Below, one piece after another: positions 1 through 14,000 of a DNA stretch of 64,000 nt. Below the pieces are notes generated by a model, which saw only the letters and a program-made list of their open reading frames with translations, did no database searches and was not told the origin of the DNA. The DNA comes from Chrysomallon squamiferum (lineage: Eukaryota; Animalia; Mollusca). Position 1 is the stretch's first letter. Each line of letters starts with the position of its first letter. Position numbers and translations under genes: made by a program. The DNA is taken from contig CM022666.1 in the NCBI GenBank assembly GCA_012295275.1, positions 9,610,001-9,674,000 of the forward strand, in the 5' to 3' direction.

Positions 1-838
1 CTCATGTGCCAAGTATAAGTGTCATAGTCCAGTGTGTGAATTTAAAACAAACACATTAGTAGAAGTAACACAACTTCTAAATTGAGAAAGTAGAACACTA
101 CATGTAATTATTTTATTATTATTACGTGTTTTTTTTTTTTTCATTTCAACACAAACTCACTAGTTTTGTCAGCTGTAAAACACAAATAAAATATGTTTAC
201 AGCGTAAACTTTACACACACACATGCAACTGCTTCTCTGAGGAATTAAATATAAGCTTCAGCTAGATACAGAAATAGTCCACTCGTGTTAATATTTATTA
301 AATTTGTCACAAAACTATTTAAACCGTGGTAAAACTCTCCAGTTATTAAACAAAACCCAAATTAAGTTTTTGTTTTAATCTGTGTCATCCTGTCAAAATT
401 TCAGAATTTCAGAAAGATGACACATTTATATACTTGTATAAAACAAGAAGAAAATCGTGAAAGAATTAAATGAGTGTAACCTATCACAGGTGAAACATTT
501 TTCTACAACAGAAATTCAATTTTGGAGCAGGTCATATGTCCTATATAAACACAAGACAATTTTCAACTGAAATGTATGAAAGCAGTTTCAAGTGAAACAG
601 ATTTCAGCAATAACAAATGTTCCTTGTGACAGACAGAAAGCAGATGACACAGTTTGGAAAACTCAGAAGTAGGAATGTGAAAAATCAGATTGGAGGGTTA
701 TATAGGACAATGTAATGAAGAATTTCAACTATGAGAAGTACACAGTAGTTATGTCAGATGTAAAAAAACGTGACTACATGTTTACTCTTGTGTTAAATGT
801 GTAGAATACAGAAATAATAGCCATTAAAGGTCAGTATA

Positions 839-2005
839 CAGAGTGTCCCAGAAGTCGCGCACCATATACATGTATATAATATTTTTTTTTTTTTTATATT
901 ACAGATATGGGCGAAAAACTAACAATAAAAGAAAGAGTTAAATTGGTTTTTATGTTTGGAAAACATGGTGCAACATATCGCTCTGTAGCTGAAGAATTCA
1001 ACTGTACTCATCCTGAACAAGAAAAACCATTAAGCCATACTACAGTTTGCCGCTTGATTAAACATTTCAAGAAACAGGTTCAGTTGCTGACCGTGAGAGA
1101 TGTGGACGAAGAAAGAGTGCAACTAATGAAGAAACATCAGCAATGGTTTTAGCAAATGTTGCGAGAAGCCCCGTGAAATCAATAAGGAAAATAAGCCAGG
1201 AGCTAACAATGAGCAAATCATCAATTCATCAGTATTCTTAAGACACATAAATTTCATCCGTACAAAGTTCATCTTGTGCAAGCTCTACATGGCGATGACA
1301 ATGATAGGCGATTAGAGTTCTGTGAATGGGCGTGTAATCACATAGATTCTTCAATATTATTCAGTGATGAAGCAATTTTTCCTAACTGGAATGAGGAAGG
1401 ACATCATCAATCCTACTGGAATGAACCCTTCATCAGGGTACCCTTTGGTCTGGGCTGGAATATGGGAGGAGGAAATTGTTGGCCCTTATTTTTTTAATGT
1501 TGACAATATCACTGGAGAAACTTATTTAGAATTTCTGCAAACCTTTTTGTCTGACTATTTTAAAAATGTTCCTGTAATTCGACAACAAAATTTCTTTTTT
1601 CAGCAAGATGGAGCGCCACCCCACTTTGCTATTTCAGTACGTAACTACCTGAATCAGACTTTCCCTGACTGATGGATTGGGTGAAGAAGTCCTGTGGAGT
1701 GGCCACCTCGATCACCAGATCTGTCACCTCTTGACTATTTTCTTTGGGGACATCTTAAATCTGTTGTTTACCAGAATCGTCCACGAACTCTGAATGATTT
1801 GAAAGATGCAATAACAATTGAAAGTCAAACAATTAGTAGCGAAACCCTCAACAGAGTAAAAAACAGTTTTATAAAGAGAATTGAAGTATGTATCAATGCA
1901 GAGGGCAAGCAATTTGAGCATTTGTTATGATTATTATTAATAAAAATTTTATTCATATGTATCCAAATAAAAATCTTCATGGTGCGTGACTTCTGGGACA
2001 CCCTG
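839..2005 (+). mobile_element. Tc1/mariner-superfamily transposon, DD41D (rosa/Visitor) type, defective
   Basis: 27-bp TIRs: CAGAGTGTCCCAGAAGTCGCGCACCAT (839-865) and ATGGTGCGTGACTTCTGGGACACCCTG (1979-2005), 2 mismatches. TA on both sides (837-838, 2006-2007). Transposase motifs FSDEA, QQDGAPPH and WPPRSPDLSPLD, with 41 residues between the 2nd and 3rd Asp. Confidence 0.93.
907..1930 (+). pseudogene. Disrupted DD41D transposase (N-terminal HTH, DDD domain)
   Basis: MGEKLTIKERVKLV... to ...GKQFEHLL is split over several frames, with in-frame TGA at 1670-1672 and 1682-1684. Confidence 0.92.
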
Positions 2006-5000
2006 TATAATGTTTTAAAGTAATGATTTGGGAGTAAGTCCTAGCAAAATAGATTAAGATGACTGCCTCCTATTAGGAGCTTTTATTAGTACTGGGGATT
2101 GTATGGTCACTTGACCTGACCATATATGGCAACTGCTGCCTGGAATTTAATGGGGGGGGGGGGCATTCTCAGAGAGCTCCTTCACCTTGGACATTGCAGG
2201 ACCTTATACAATTGCTAGTGAAAGAAGGCATTTTTACATTTGGTTTCAACATATTTGCTACAGATCAGCTAAAATCTATAGTTAATTTAGATTTATTGCT
2301 TTCATTTTAATATTTATATATCAGGGATTACCTAATATTAAAACCCTCTAATTAGACAGTGAATTTATGTAGTGAGTAACTAGTGGGTTACATACATATA
2401 TATACATTATCAATTATATTATACCTACGTATCATGTGACTAGATCTGCTTACCCTGCTCCATTACAAGGGTAAGTGTTATAGTCTAGTGTGTGAGTTAA
2501 AAACAAACACCTCAGTACAAATAACAGAACTTTTAAACAGAAAAACAAGAAATTTACATCCTATTAACATACTAGTTTTTATAGCTATAAAATTCACAAT
2601 ATGTTTGCACATTTAAACTTGAAGACAGCTTCTCTCAGGTAATGTTATTCAGAAATGGACACTTAAACTGACCTAAAGCAGACTGATCAAGTCTTCAAAG
2701 GGTTAGCATTGTGTAGTGTGAAACTTGTGGTTATTGAATACTAATGAAGTCTTTTTCTAACATTTTGATTATATCTACTGCTCCTGATACCTGAAACAAG
2801 AAAACTGCTCTGTATGAAGTCTGAAAATACCAGTCAGACAAGTCTTACAAAAATTACCTTGAATGCAAAGATACAATGTAAGTTATATAATGTCTACATT
2901 CAGCTAATGAACAAAATACAACTTATTTAACACATCTCTCCAATCAAGTGTGTTTACAAATACTGAGCAGAATAGAGAGCAAAGCCTCTAAATAACAGGA
3001 TCAGGTAATAAAAGTCCTACATAAACACAACAAGACAATTTTCAATTGAAATGTATGTAAGGAGTTTCAGGTGAAAGAGATTTCAGCAATAACAAATGTT
3101 ACTTGTGACAGACTGTCACATTTTCGAAAATACAGAACTAGACATATAACAACACAGATTGGATGTCTGTTGATGAACACTGTGACAATGAAGTTTAAGT
3201 ATGTAAAAATTCATAACTAGTTTTGAGAGCTGTAAAACATGATGTGTTTACACTTACTTTGTATTAGGTGTAAGTGTCATAACACAACTTTAAAACACAG
3301 ACTGTAGAACTCTACTTGTAATTAATAGAAAAACATTAGTTTTAATAGCTGTAAAACACACAATAAAATATGTTTACACATTTAGCTATTTAGACATGTA
3401 AAACACAATGTGTTAACGTTCATTTTGTATCAAGAAGTATCAGTGTCATAGTCCAGTGTGTGAGTTTAAAACAAACACATCAGTACAAGTAGCACAAGTT
3501 CTAAACAGAGAAAGTAAAAACTACACATAATTAACACACACACATTAGTTTGATAGCTGTAAAGCACACAACAAAATATGTTTACACATTTACTTAAGCA
3601 GTCCTAATGTAGACTGATCAACCCTTCACATGGTTAACAGTGTGAGACTTGTGTTTATTAAATACTAATGATTCTAAGGTAGAAACCAGCTGTCTTCTTT
3701 CACTGAGATAAACTTATAACAAATGTTACTTGTGACAGATTGACATAAGTTGTCACATTTTGGAAAATACAGAACTACACATGTAACAACACAAATTGGA
3801 GTTTGTGAGGATAGACACTGTGATGAAGAATTTCAAATATCTAAAAATACAGAGCTATTTAGACAGAAGTAAAACACATAATGTGTTAACATGTTCATTT
3901 TGTATTAAGAAGTATCAGTGTCACAGTCCAGTGTGTGAGTTTAAAACAAACATCAGTACAAGTAGCACAAGTTCTAAACAGAGAAAGTAAAAATCTACAC
4001 ATAATTAACACACACACACTAGTTTGATAGCTGTAAAGCACAAAATACAATATGTTTACACATTTACATTTGCAGGCTGCTTTTCTCAGGTAATGTTATT
4101 AAGAAATGGACATTTAAACAGACCTAGAGTACACTGATGAACACCTCAAAGGGTTGTGACAAACAGACATCAGATGTCACATTTTGGAAAATAAAGAACT
4201 TGAAGAAAATCTTGAAAGAATTAAATGAGTTTAATCTCTTACAGTTGAAAATTTTTTCTACAACACAGACTTTATTTAGGAGCAGGTAATAAAAGTCCTA
4301 CATAAACACAAGAAGACATTTCAACTGAAATGAATGTAAGGAGTTTCAGGTGACACAAGTTTTAGAAATAACAAATATTACTTGTGACAAACAGAATTTA
4401 GATGTTACATTTTGGAAAATACAAAACTAGGTATGTGTCAACTCAGATTGGAGTGTGTGTGGATGTACACTGTCACAATGAAGGTCAAGTATGTAAAACT
4501 ACACTGTCATAGTCCAGTGTGTGTTTTTAGAACAAACACATGAGTACAAGTAACAACTTCAAAACAGAAAAACTAGAAATCTATGTTATTAACATACTAG
4601 TTTTAACATTTCAGCAGTAACAAATGTTACTTGTGACAGTTGTCACATTTTGGAAAATACAGACAGGAGTTTGTGTGGATAGACACTGCGATGAAGAATT
4701 TCAATGATCTAAAAATACAGAGCTATTTAGACAGAAGTAAAACACATAATGTGTTAGCATGTTCATTTTGTATCAAGAAGTATCAGTGTCATAGTCCAGT
4801 GTGTGAGTTTAAAACAAACACATCAGTACAAGTAGCACAAGTTCTAAACAGAGAAAGTAAAAAACTACACATAATTAACACACACACCTAAGTTTGATAG
4901 CTGTAAAGCACACAACAAAATATGTTTACACATTTACTTAAGCAGTCCTAATGTAGACTGATCAACCCTTCACATGGTTAACAGTGTGAGACAGCTATAG

Positions 5001-8000
5001 TGTGAGACTTGTGTTTATTAAATACTAATGATTCTAAGGTAGAAACCAGCTGTCTTCTTTCACTGAGATAAACTTATAACAAATGTTACTTGTGATAGAT
5101 TGACATAAGTTGTCACATTTTGGAAAATACAGAACTACACATGTAACAACACAAATTGGAGTTTGTGAGGATAGACACTGTGATGAAGAATTTCAAATAT
5201 CTAAAAATACAGAGCTATTTAGACAGAAGTAAAACACATAATGTGTTAACATGTTCATTTTGTATTAAGAAGTATCAGTGTCATAGTCCAGTGTGTGAGT
5301 TTAAAACAAACACATCAGTACAAGTAGCACAAGTTCTAAACAGACAAAGTAAAAATCTACACATAATTAACACACACACATTAGTTTGATAGCTGTAAAG
5401 CACACAATAAAATATGTTTACACATTTAGCTATTTAGACATGTAAAACACAATGTGTTAACATTCATTTTGTATTAAGAAGTATCAGTGTCATAGTCCAG
5501 TGTGTGAGTTTAAAACAAACACATCAGTACAAGTAGCACAAGTTCTAAACAGACAAAGTAAAAATCTACACATAATTAACACACACACACTAGTTTGATA
5601 GCTGTAAAGAACACAATAAAATATGTTTACACATTTACATTTGCAGGCTGTTTTTCTCAGGTAATGTTATAAAGAAATGGACATTTAAACAGACCTAGAG
5701 TATACTGATGAAGACCTCAAAGGGTTAACATTATATAGTGTGAAACTTGTGGTTATTGAATACTAATGAAACGTCTCTTTCCGACAGTTTTTATTGTATC
5801 CACTGATCCTGATACCTGAAAGTGCTGTTTAATGCCTGAAAGTACCAGTCAGAGAAGTTTTACAGAAATTTCTTTATGAGCTAGTGAATATGAAGACATA
5901 ATATAAATGAACATTCAGCTAATCAACAAAATACAACAACTTATTTAACAAGTCTCTGCAATCAAGATGTTATACAATACTGTGCCAATTAGAGAACAAA
6001 ACTTGTAAATAACAGGAGCAGTTGTAAAAAATCCTAAATAAACACAAGACAATTTTCAACTGAAATGTATGTAAGGAGTTTCAGGTGAAAGAGATTTCAG
6101 CAATAACAAATGTTACTTGTGACAGATTGACATCAGTTGTCACATTTTGGAAAATACAGAACTACACATGTAACAACACAGATTGGAGTTTGTGAGGATA
6201 GACATTGTGATGAAGAATTTCAAATATCTAAAAATACAGAGCTATTTAGACAGATGTAAAACACATAATGTGTTAACATGTTCATTTTGTATTAAGAAGT
6301 ATCAGTGTCACAGTCCAGTGTGTGAGTTTAAAACAAACATCAGTACAAGTAGCACAAGTTCTAAACAGAGAAAGTAAAAATCTACACATAATTAACACAC
6401 ACACACTAGTTTGATAGCTGTAAAGCACAAAATACAATATGTTTACACATTTACATTTGCAGGCTGCTTTTCTCAGGTAATGTTATTAAGAAATGGACAT
6501 TTAAACAGACCTAGAGTACACTGATGAACACCTCAAAGGGTTGTGACAAACAGACATCAGATGTCACATTTTGGAAAATAAAGACCTTGAAGAAAATCTT
6601 GAAAGAATTAAATGAGTTTAATCTCTTACAGTTGAAATTTTTTTTTTCTACAACACAGACTTTATTTAGGAGCAGGTAATAAAAGTCCTACATAAACACA
6701 AGAAGACAATTTTCAACTGAAATGAATGTAAGGAGTTTCAGGTGACACAAGTTTTAGAAATAACAAATATTACTTGTGACAAACAGAATTTAGATGTTAC
6801 ATTTTGGAAAATACAAAACTAGGTATGTGTCAACTCAGATTGGAGTGTGTGTGGATGTACACTGTCACAATGAAGGTCAAGTATGTAAAACTACACTGTC
6901 ATAGTCCAGTGTGTGTTTTAGAACAAACACATGAGTACAAGTAACAACTTCAAAACAGAAAAACTAGAAATCTATGTTATTAACATACTAGTTTTAACAT
7001 TTCAGCAGTAACAAATGTTACTTGTGACAGTTGTCACATTTTGGAAAATACAGACAGGAGTTTGTGTGGATAGACACTGCGATGAAGAATTTCAATTATC
7101 TAAAAATACAGAGCTATTTAGACAGAAGTAAAACACATAATGTGTTAGCATGTTCATTTTGTATCAAGAAGTATCAGTGTCATAGTCCAGTGTGTGAGTT
7201 TAAAACAAACACATCAGTACAAGTAGCACAAGTTCTAAACAGAGAAAGTAAAAAAACTACACATAATTAACACACACACATTAGTTTGATAGCTGTAAAG
7301 CACACAACAAAATATGTTTACACATTTACTTAAGCAGTCCTAATGTAGACTGATCAACCCTTCACATGGTTAACAGTGTGAGACAGCTATAGTGTGAGAC
7401 TTGTGTTTATTAAATACTAATGATTCTAAGGTAGAAACCAGCTGTCTTCTTTCACTGAGATAAACTTATAACAAATGTTACTTGTGATAGATTGACATAA
7501 GTTGTCACATTTTGGAAAATACAGAACTACACATGTAACAACACAAATTGGAGTTTGTGAGGATAGACACTGTGATGAAGAATTTCAAATATCTAAAAAT
7601 ACAGAGCTATTTAGACAGAAGTAAAACACATAATGTGTTAACATGTTCATTTTGTATTAAGAAGTATCAGTGTCATAGTCCAGTGTGTGAGTTTAAAACA
7701 AACACATCAGTACAAGTAGCACAAGTTCTAAACAGACAAAGTAAAAATCTACACATAATTAACACACACACATTAGTTTGATAGCTGTAAAGCACACAAT
7801 AAAATATGTTTACACATTTAGCTATTTAGACATGTAAAACACAATGTGTTAACATTCATTTTGTATTAAGAAGTATCAGTGTCATAGTCCAGTGTGTGAG
7901 TTTAAAACAAACACATCAGTACAAGTAGCACAAGTTCTAAACAGACAAAGTAAAAATCTACACATAATTAACACACACACACTAGTTTGATAGCTGTAAA

Positions 8001-11000
8001 GAACACAATAAAATATGTTTACACATTTACATTTGCAGGCTGTTTTTCTCAGGTAATGTTATAAAGAAATGGACATTTAAACAGACCTAGAGTATACTGA
8101 TGAAGACCTCAAAGGGTTAACATTATATAGTGTGAAACTTGTGGTTATTGAATACTAATGAAACGTCTCTTTCCGACAGTTTTTATTGTATCCACTGATC
8201 CTGATACCTGAAAGTGCTGTTTAATGCCTGAAAGTACCAGTCAGAGAAGTTTTACAGAAATTTCTTGCGAGCTAGTGAATATGAAGACATAATATAAATG
8301 AACATTCAGCTAATCAACAAAATACAACAACTTATTTAACAAGTCTCTGCAATCAAGATGTTATACAATACTGTGCCAATTAGAGAACAAAACTTGTAAA
8401 TAACAGGAGCAGTTGTAAAAATCCTAAATAAACACAAGACAATTTTCAACTGAAATGTATGTAAGGAGTTTCAGGTGAAAGAGATTTCAGCAATAACAAA
8501 TGTTACTTGTGACAGATTGACATCAGTTGTCACATTTTGGAAAATACAGAACTACACATGTAACAACACAGATTGGAGTTTGTGAGGATAGACATTGTGA
8601 TGAAGAATTTCAAATATCTAAAAATACAGAGCTATTTAGACAGATGTAAAACACATAATGTGTTAACATGTTCATTTTGTATTAAGAAGTATCAGTGTCA
8701 CAGTCCAGTGTGTGAGTTTAAAACAAACATCAGTACAAGTAGCACAAGTTCTAAACAGAGAAAGTAAAAATCTACACATAATTAACACACACACACTAGT
8801 TTGATAGCTGTAAAGCACAAAATACAATATGTTTACACATTTACATTTGCAGGCTGCTTTTCTCAGGTAATGTTATTAAGAAATGGACATTTAAACAGAC
8901 CTAGAGTACACTGATGAACACCTCAAAGGGTTGTGACAAACAGACATCAGATGTCACATTTTGGAAAATAAAGACCTTGAAGAAAATCTTGAAAGAATTA
9001 AATGAGTTTAATCTCTTACAGTTGAAATTTTTTTCTACAACACAGACTTTATTTAGGAGCAGGTAATAAAAGTCCTACATAAACACAAGAAGACAATTTT
9101 CAACTGAAATGAATGTAAGGAGTTTCAGGTGACACAAGTTTTAGAAATAACAAATATTACTTGTGACAAACAGAATTTAGATGTTACATTTTGGAAAATA
9201 CAAAACTAGGTATGTGTCAACTCAGATTGGAGTGTGTGTGGATGTACACTGTCACAATGAAGGTCAAGTATGTAAAACTACACTGTCATAGTCCAGTGTG
9301 TGTTTTTAGAACAAACACATGAGTACAAGTAACAACTTCAAAACAGAAAAACTAGAAATCTATGTTATTAACATACTAGTTTTAACATTTCAGCAGTAAC
9401 AAATGTTACTTGTGACAGTTGTCACATTTTGGAAAAATACAGACAGGAGTTTGTGTGGATAGACACTGCGATGAAGAATTTCAATTATCTAAAAATACAG
9501 AGCTATTTAGACAGAAGTAAAACACATAATGTGTTAGCATGTTCATTTTGTATCAAGAAGTATCAGTGTCATAGTCCAGTGTGTGAGTTTAAAACAAACA
9601 CATCAGTACAAGTAGCACAAGTTCTAAACAGACAAAGTAAAAATCTACACATAATTAACACACACACATTAGTTTGATAGCTGTAAAGCACACAATAAAA
9701 TATGTTTACACATTTAGCTATTTAGACATGTAAAACACAATGTGTTAACATTCATTTTGTATTAAGAAGTATCAGTGTCATAGTCCAGTGTGTGAGTTTA
9801 AAACAAACACATCAGTACAAGTAGCACAAGTTCTAAACAGACAAAGTAAAAATCTACACATAATTAACACACACACACTAGTTTGATAGCTGTAAAGAAC
9901 ACAATAAAATATGTTTACACATTTACATTTGCAGGCTGTTTTTCTCAGGTAATGTTATAAAGAAATGGACATTTAAACAGACCTAGAGTATACTGATGAA
10001 GACCTCAAAGGGTTAACATTATATAGTGTGAAACTTGTGGTTATTGAATACTAATGAAACGTCTCTTTCCCGACAGTTTTTATTGTATCCACTGATCCTG
10101 ATACCTGAAAGTGCTGTTTAATGCCTGAAAGTACCAGTCAGAGAAGTTTTACAGAAATTTCTTGCGAAAGCTAGTGAATATGAAGACATAATATAAATGA
10201 ACATTCAGCTAATCAACAAAATACAACAACTTATTTAACAAGTCTCTGCAATCAAGATGTTATACAATACTGTGCCAATTAGAGAACAAAACTTGTAAAT
10301 AACAGGAGCAGTTGTAAAAAATCCTAAATAAACACAAGACAATTTTCAACTGAAATGTATGTAAGGAGTTTCAGGTGAAAGAGATTTCAGCAATAACAAA
10401 TGTTACTTGTGACAGATTGACATCAGTTGTCACATTTTGGAAAATACAGAACTACACATGTAACAACACAGATTGGAGTTTGTGAGGATAGACATTGTGA
10501 TGAAGAATTTCAAATATCTAAAAATACAGAGCTATTTAGACAGATGTAAAACACATAATGTGTTAACATGTCCATTTTGTATTAAGAAGTATCAGTGTCA
10601 CAGTCCAATGTGTGAGTTTAAAACAAACACATCAGTACAAGTAGCACAAGTTCTAAACAGACAAAGTAAAAATCTACACATAATTAACACACACACATTA
10701 GTTTGATAGCTGTAAAGCACACAATAAAATATGTTTACACATTTAGCTATTTAGACATGTAAAACACAATGTGTTAACATTCATTTTGTATTAAGAAGTA
10801 TCAGTGTCATAGTCCAGTGTGTGAGTTTAAAACAAACACATCAGTACAAATAGCACAAGTTCTAAACAGAGAAAGTAAAAAACTACACATAATTAACACA
10901 CACACATTAGTTTGATAGCTGTAAAGCACACAACAAAATATGTTTACACATTTACTTAAGCAGTCCTAATGTAGACTGATCAACCCTTCACATGGTTAAC

Positions 11001-14000
11001 AGTGTGAGACAGCTATAGTGTGAGACTTGTGTTTATTAAATACTAATGATTCTAAGGTAGAAACCAGCTGTCTTCTTTCACTGAGATAAACTTATAACAA
11101 ATGTTACTTGTGACAGATTGACATAAGTTGTCACATTTTGGAAAATACAGAACTACACATGTAACAACACAGATTGGAGTTTGTGAGGATAGACATTGTG
11201 ATGAAGAATTTCAAATATCTAAAAATACAGAACTATTTAGACAGATGTAAAACACATAATGTGTTAACATGTTCATTTTGTATTAAGAAGTATCAGTGTC
11301 ACAGTCCAGTGTGTGAGTTTAAAACAAACATCAGTACAAGTAGCACAAGTTCTAAACAGAGAAAGTAAAAATCTACACATAATTAACACACACACACTAG
11401 TTTGATAGCTGTAAAGCACAAAATACAATATGTTTACACATTTACATTTGCAGGCTGCTTTTCTCAGGTAATGTTATTAAGAAATGGACATTTAAACAGA
11501 CCTAGAGTACACTGATGAACACCTCAAAGGGTTGTGACAAACAGACATCAGATGTCACATTTTGGAAAATAAAGAACTTGAAGAAAATCTTGAAAGAATT
11601 AAATGAGTTTAATCTCTTACAGTTGAAAATTTTTTCTACAACACAGACTTTATTTAGGAGCAGGTAATAAAAGTCCTACATAAACACAAGAAGACAATTT
11701 TCAACTGAAATGAATGTAAGGAGTTTCAGGTGACACAAGTTTTAGAAATAACAAATATTACTTGTGACAAACAGAATTTAGATGTTACATTTTGGAAAAT
11801 ACAAAACTAGGTATGTGTCAACTCAGATTGGAGTGTGTGTGGATGCACACTGTCACAATGAAGGTCAAGTATGTAAAACTACACTGTCATAGTCCAGTGT
11901 GTGTTTTTAGAACAAACACATGAGTACAAGTAACAACTTCAAAACAGAAAAACTAGAAATCTATGTTATTAACATACTAGTTTTAACATTTCAGCAGTAA
12001 CAAATGTTACTTGTGACAGTTGTCACATTTTGGAAAATACAGACAGGAGTTTGTGTGGATAGACACTGCGATGAAGAATTTCAATTATCTAAAAATACAG
12101 AGCTATTTAGACAGAAGTAAAACACATAATGTGTTAGCATGTTCATTTTGTATCAAGAAGTATCAGTGTCATAGTCCAGTGTGTGAGTTTAAAACAAACA
12201 CATCAGTACAAGTAGCACAAGTTCTAAACAGAGAAAGTAAAAAAACTACACATAATTAACACACACACATTAGTTTGATAGCTGTAAAGCACACAACAAA
12301 ATATGTTTACACATTTACTTAAGCAGTCCTAATGTAGACTGATCAACCCTTCACATGGTTAACAGTGTGAGACTTGTGTTTATTAAATACTAATGATTCT
12401 AAGGTAGAAACCAGCTGTCTTCTTTCACTGAGATAAACTTATAACAAATGTTACTTGTGATAGATTGACATAAGTTGTCACATTTTGGAAAATACAGAAC
12501 TACACATGTAACAACACAAATTGGAGTTTGTGAGGATAGACACTGTGATGAAGAATTTCAAATATCTAAAAATACAGAGCTATTTAGACAGAAGTAAAAC
12601 ACATAATGTGTTAACATGTTCATTTTGTATTAAGAAGTATCAGTGTCATAGTCCAGTGTGTGAGTTTAAAACAAACACATCAGTACAAGTAGCACAAGTT
12701 CTAAACAGACAAAGTAAAAATCTACACATAATTAACACACACACATTAGTTTGATAGCTGTAAAGCACACAAAAAAATATGTTTACACATTTAGCTATTT
12801 AGACATGTAAAACACAATGTGTTAACATTCATTTTGTATTAAGAAGTATCAGTGTCATAGTCCAGTGTGTGAGTTTAAAACAAACACATCAGTACAAGTA
12901 GCACAAGTTCTAAACAGACAAAGTAAAAATCTACACATAATTAACACACACACACTAGTTTGATAGCTGTAAAGAACACAATAAAATATGTTTACACATT
13001 TACATTTGCAGGCTGTTTTTCTCAGGTAATGTTATAAAAGAAATGGACATTTAAACAGACCTAGAGTATACTGATGAAAGACCTCAAAGGGTTAACATTA
13101 TATAGTGTGAAACTTGTGGTTATTGAATACTAATGAAACGTCTCTTTCCGACAGTTTTTATTGTATCCACTGATCCTGATACCTGAAAGTGCTGTTTAAT
13201 GCCTGAAAGTACCAGTCAGAGAAGTTTTACAGAAATTTCTTGCGAGCTAGTGAATATGAAGACATAATATAAATGAACATTCAGCTAATCAACAAAATAC
13301 AACAACTTATTTAACAAGTCTCTGCAATCAAGATGTTATACAATACTGTGCCAATTAGAGAACAAAACTTGTAAATAACAGGAGCAGTTGTAAAAAATCC
13401 TAAATAAACACAAGACAATTTTCAACTGAAATGTATGTAAAGAGTTTCAGGTGAAAGAGATTTCAGCAATAACAAATGTTACTTGTGACAGATTGACATC
13501 AGTTGTCACATTTTGGAAAATACAGAACTACACATGTAACAACACAGATTGGAGTTTGTGAGGATAGACATTGTGATGAAGAATTTCAAATATCTAAAAA
13601 TACAGAGCTATTTAGACAGATGTAAAACACATAATGTGTTAACATGTTCATTTTGTATTAAGAAGTATCAGTGTCACAGTCCAGTGTGTGAGTTTAAAAC
13701 AAACATCAGTACAAGTAGCACAAGTTCTAAACAGAGAAAGTAAAAATCTACACATAATTAACACACACACACTAGTTTGATAGCTGTAAAGCACAAAATA
13801 CAATATGTTTACACATTTACATTTGCAGGCTGCTTTTCTCAGGTAATGTTATTAAGAAATGGACATTTAAACAGACCTAGAGTACACTGATGAACACCTC
13901 AAAGGGTTGTGACAAACAGACATCAGATGTCACATTTTGGAAAATAAAGACCTTGAAGAAAATCTTGAAAGAATTAAATGAGTTTAATCTCTTACAGTTG

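Noticed and set aside
3798-3822. RAG/Transib RSS-like motif (GGAGTTTGT-N9-CACTGTG)
   Set aside because: Spacer is 9 nt rather than 12 or 23, the nonamer is mismatched, and the heptamer varies between copies (CATTGTG, CACTGCG).
5695-5755. Hammerhead ribozyme (CTGATGA...GAAAC) in E/B cassettes
   Set aside because: Stem II does not close onto GAAA, I could not build stems I and III, B has GACA, and paralogous monomers have CTGATCA. An Infernal search with hammerhead models would settle it.
5700-5820. C/D-box snoRNA (TGATGA...CTGA)
   Set aside because: No convincing terminal stem or recognisable rRNA guide, and the boxes are not conserved in related monomers.
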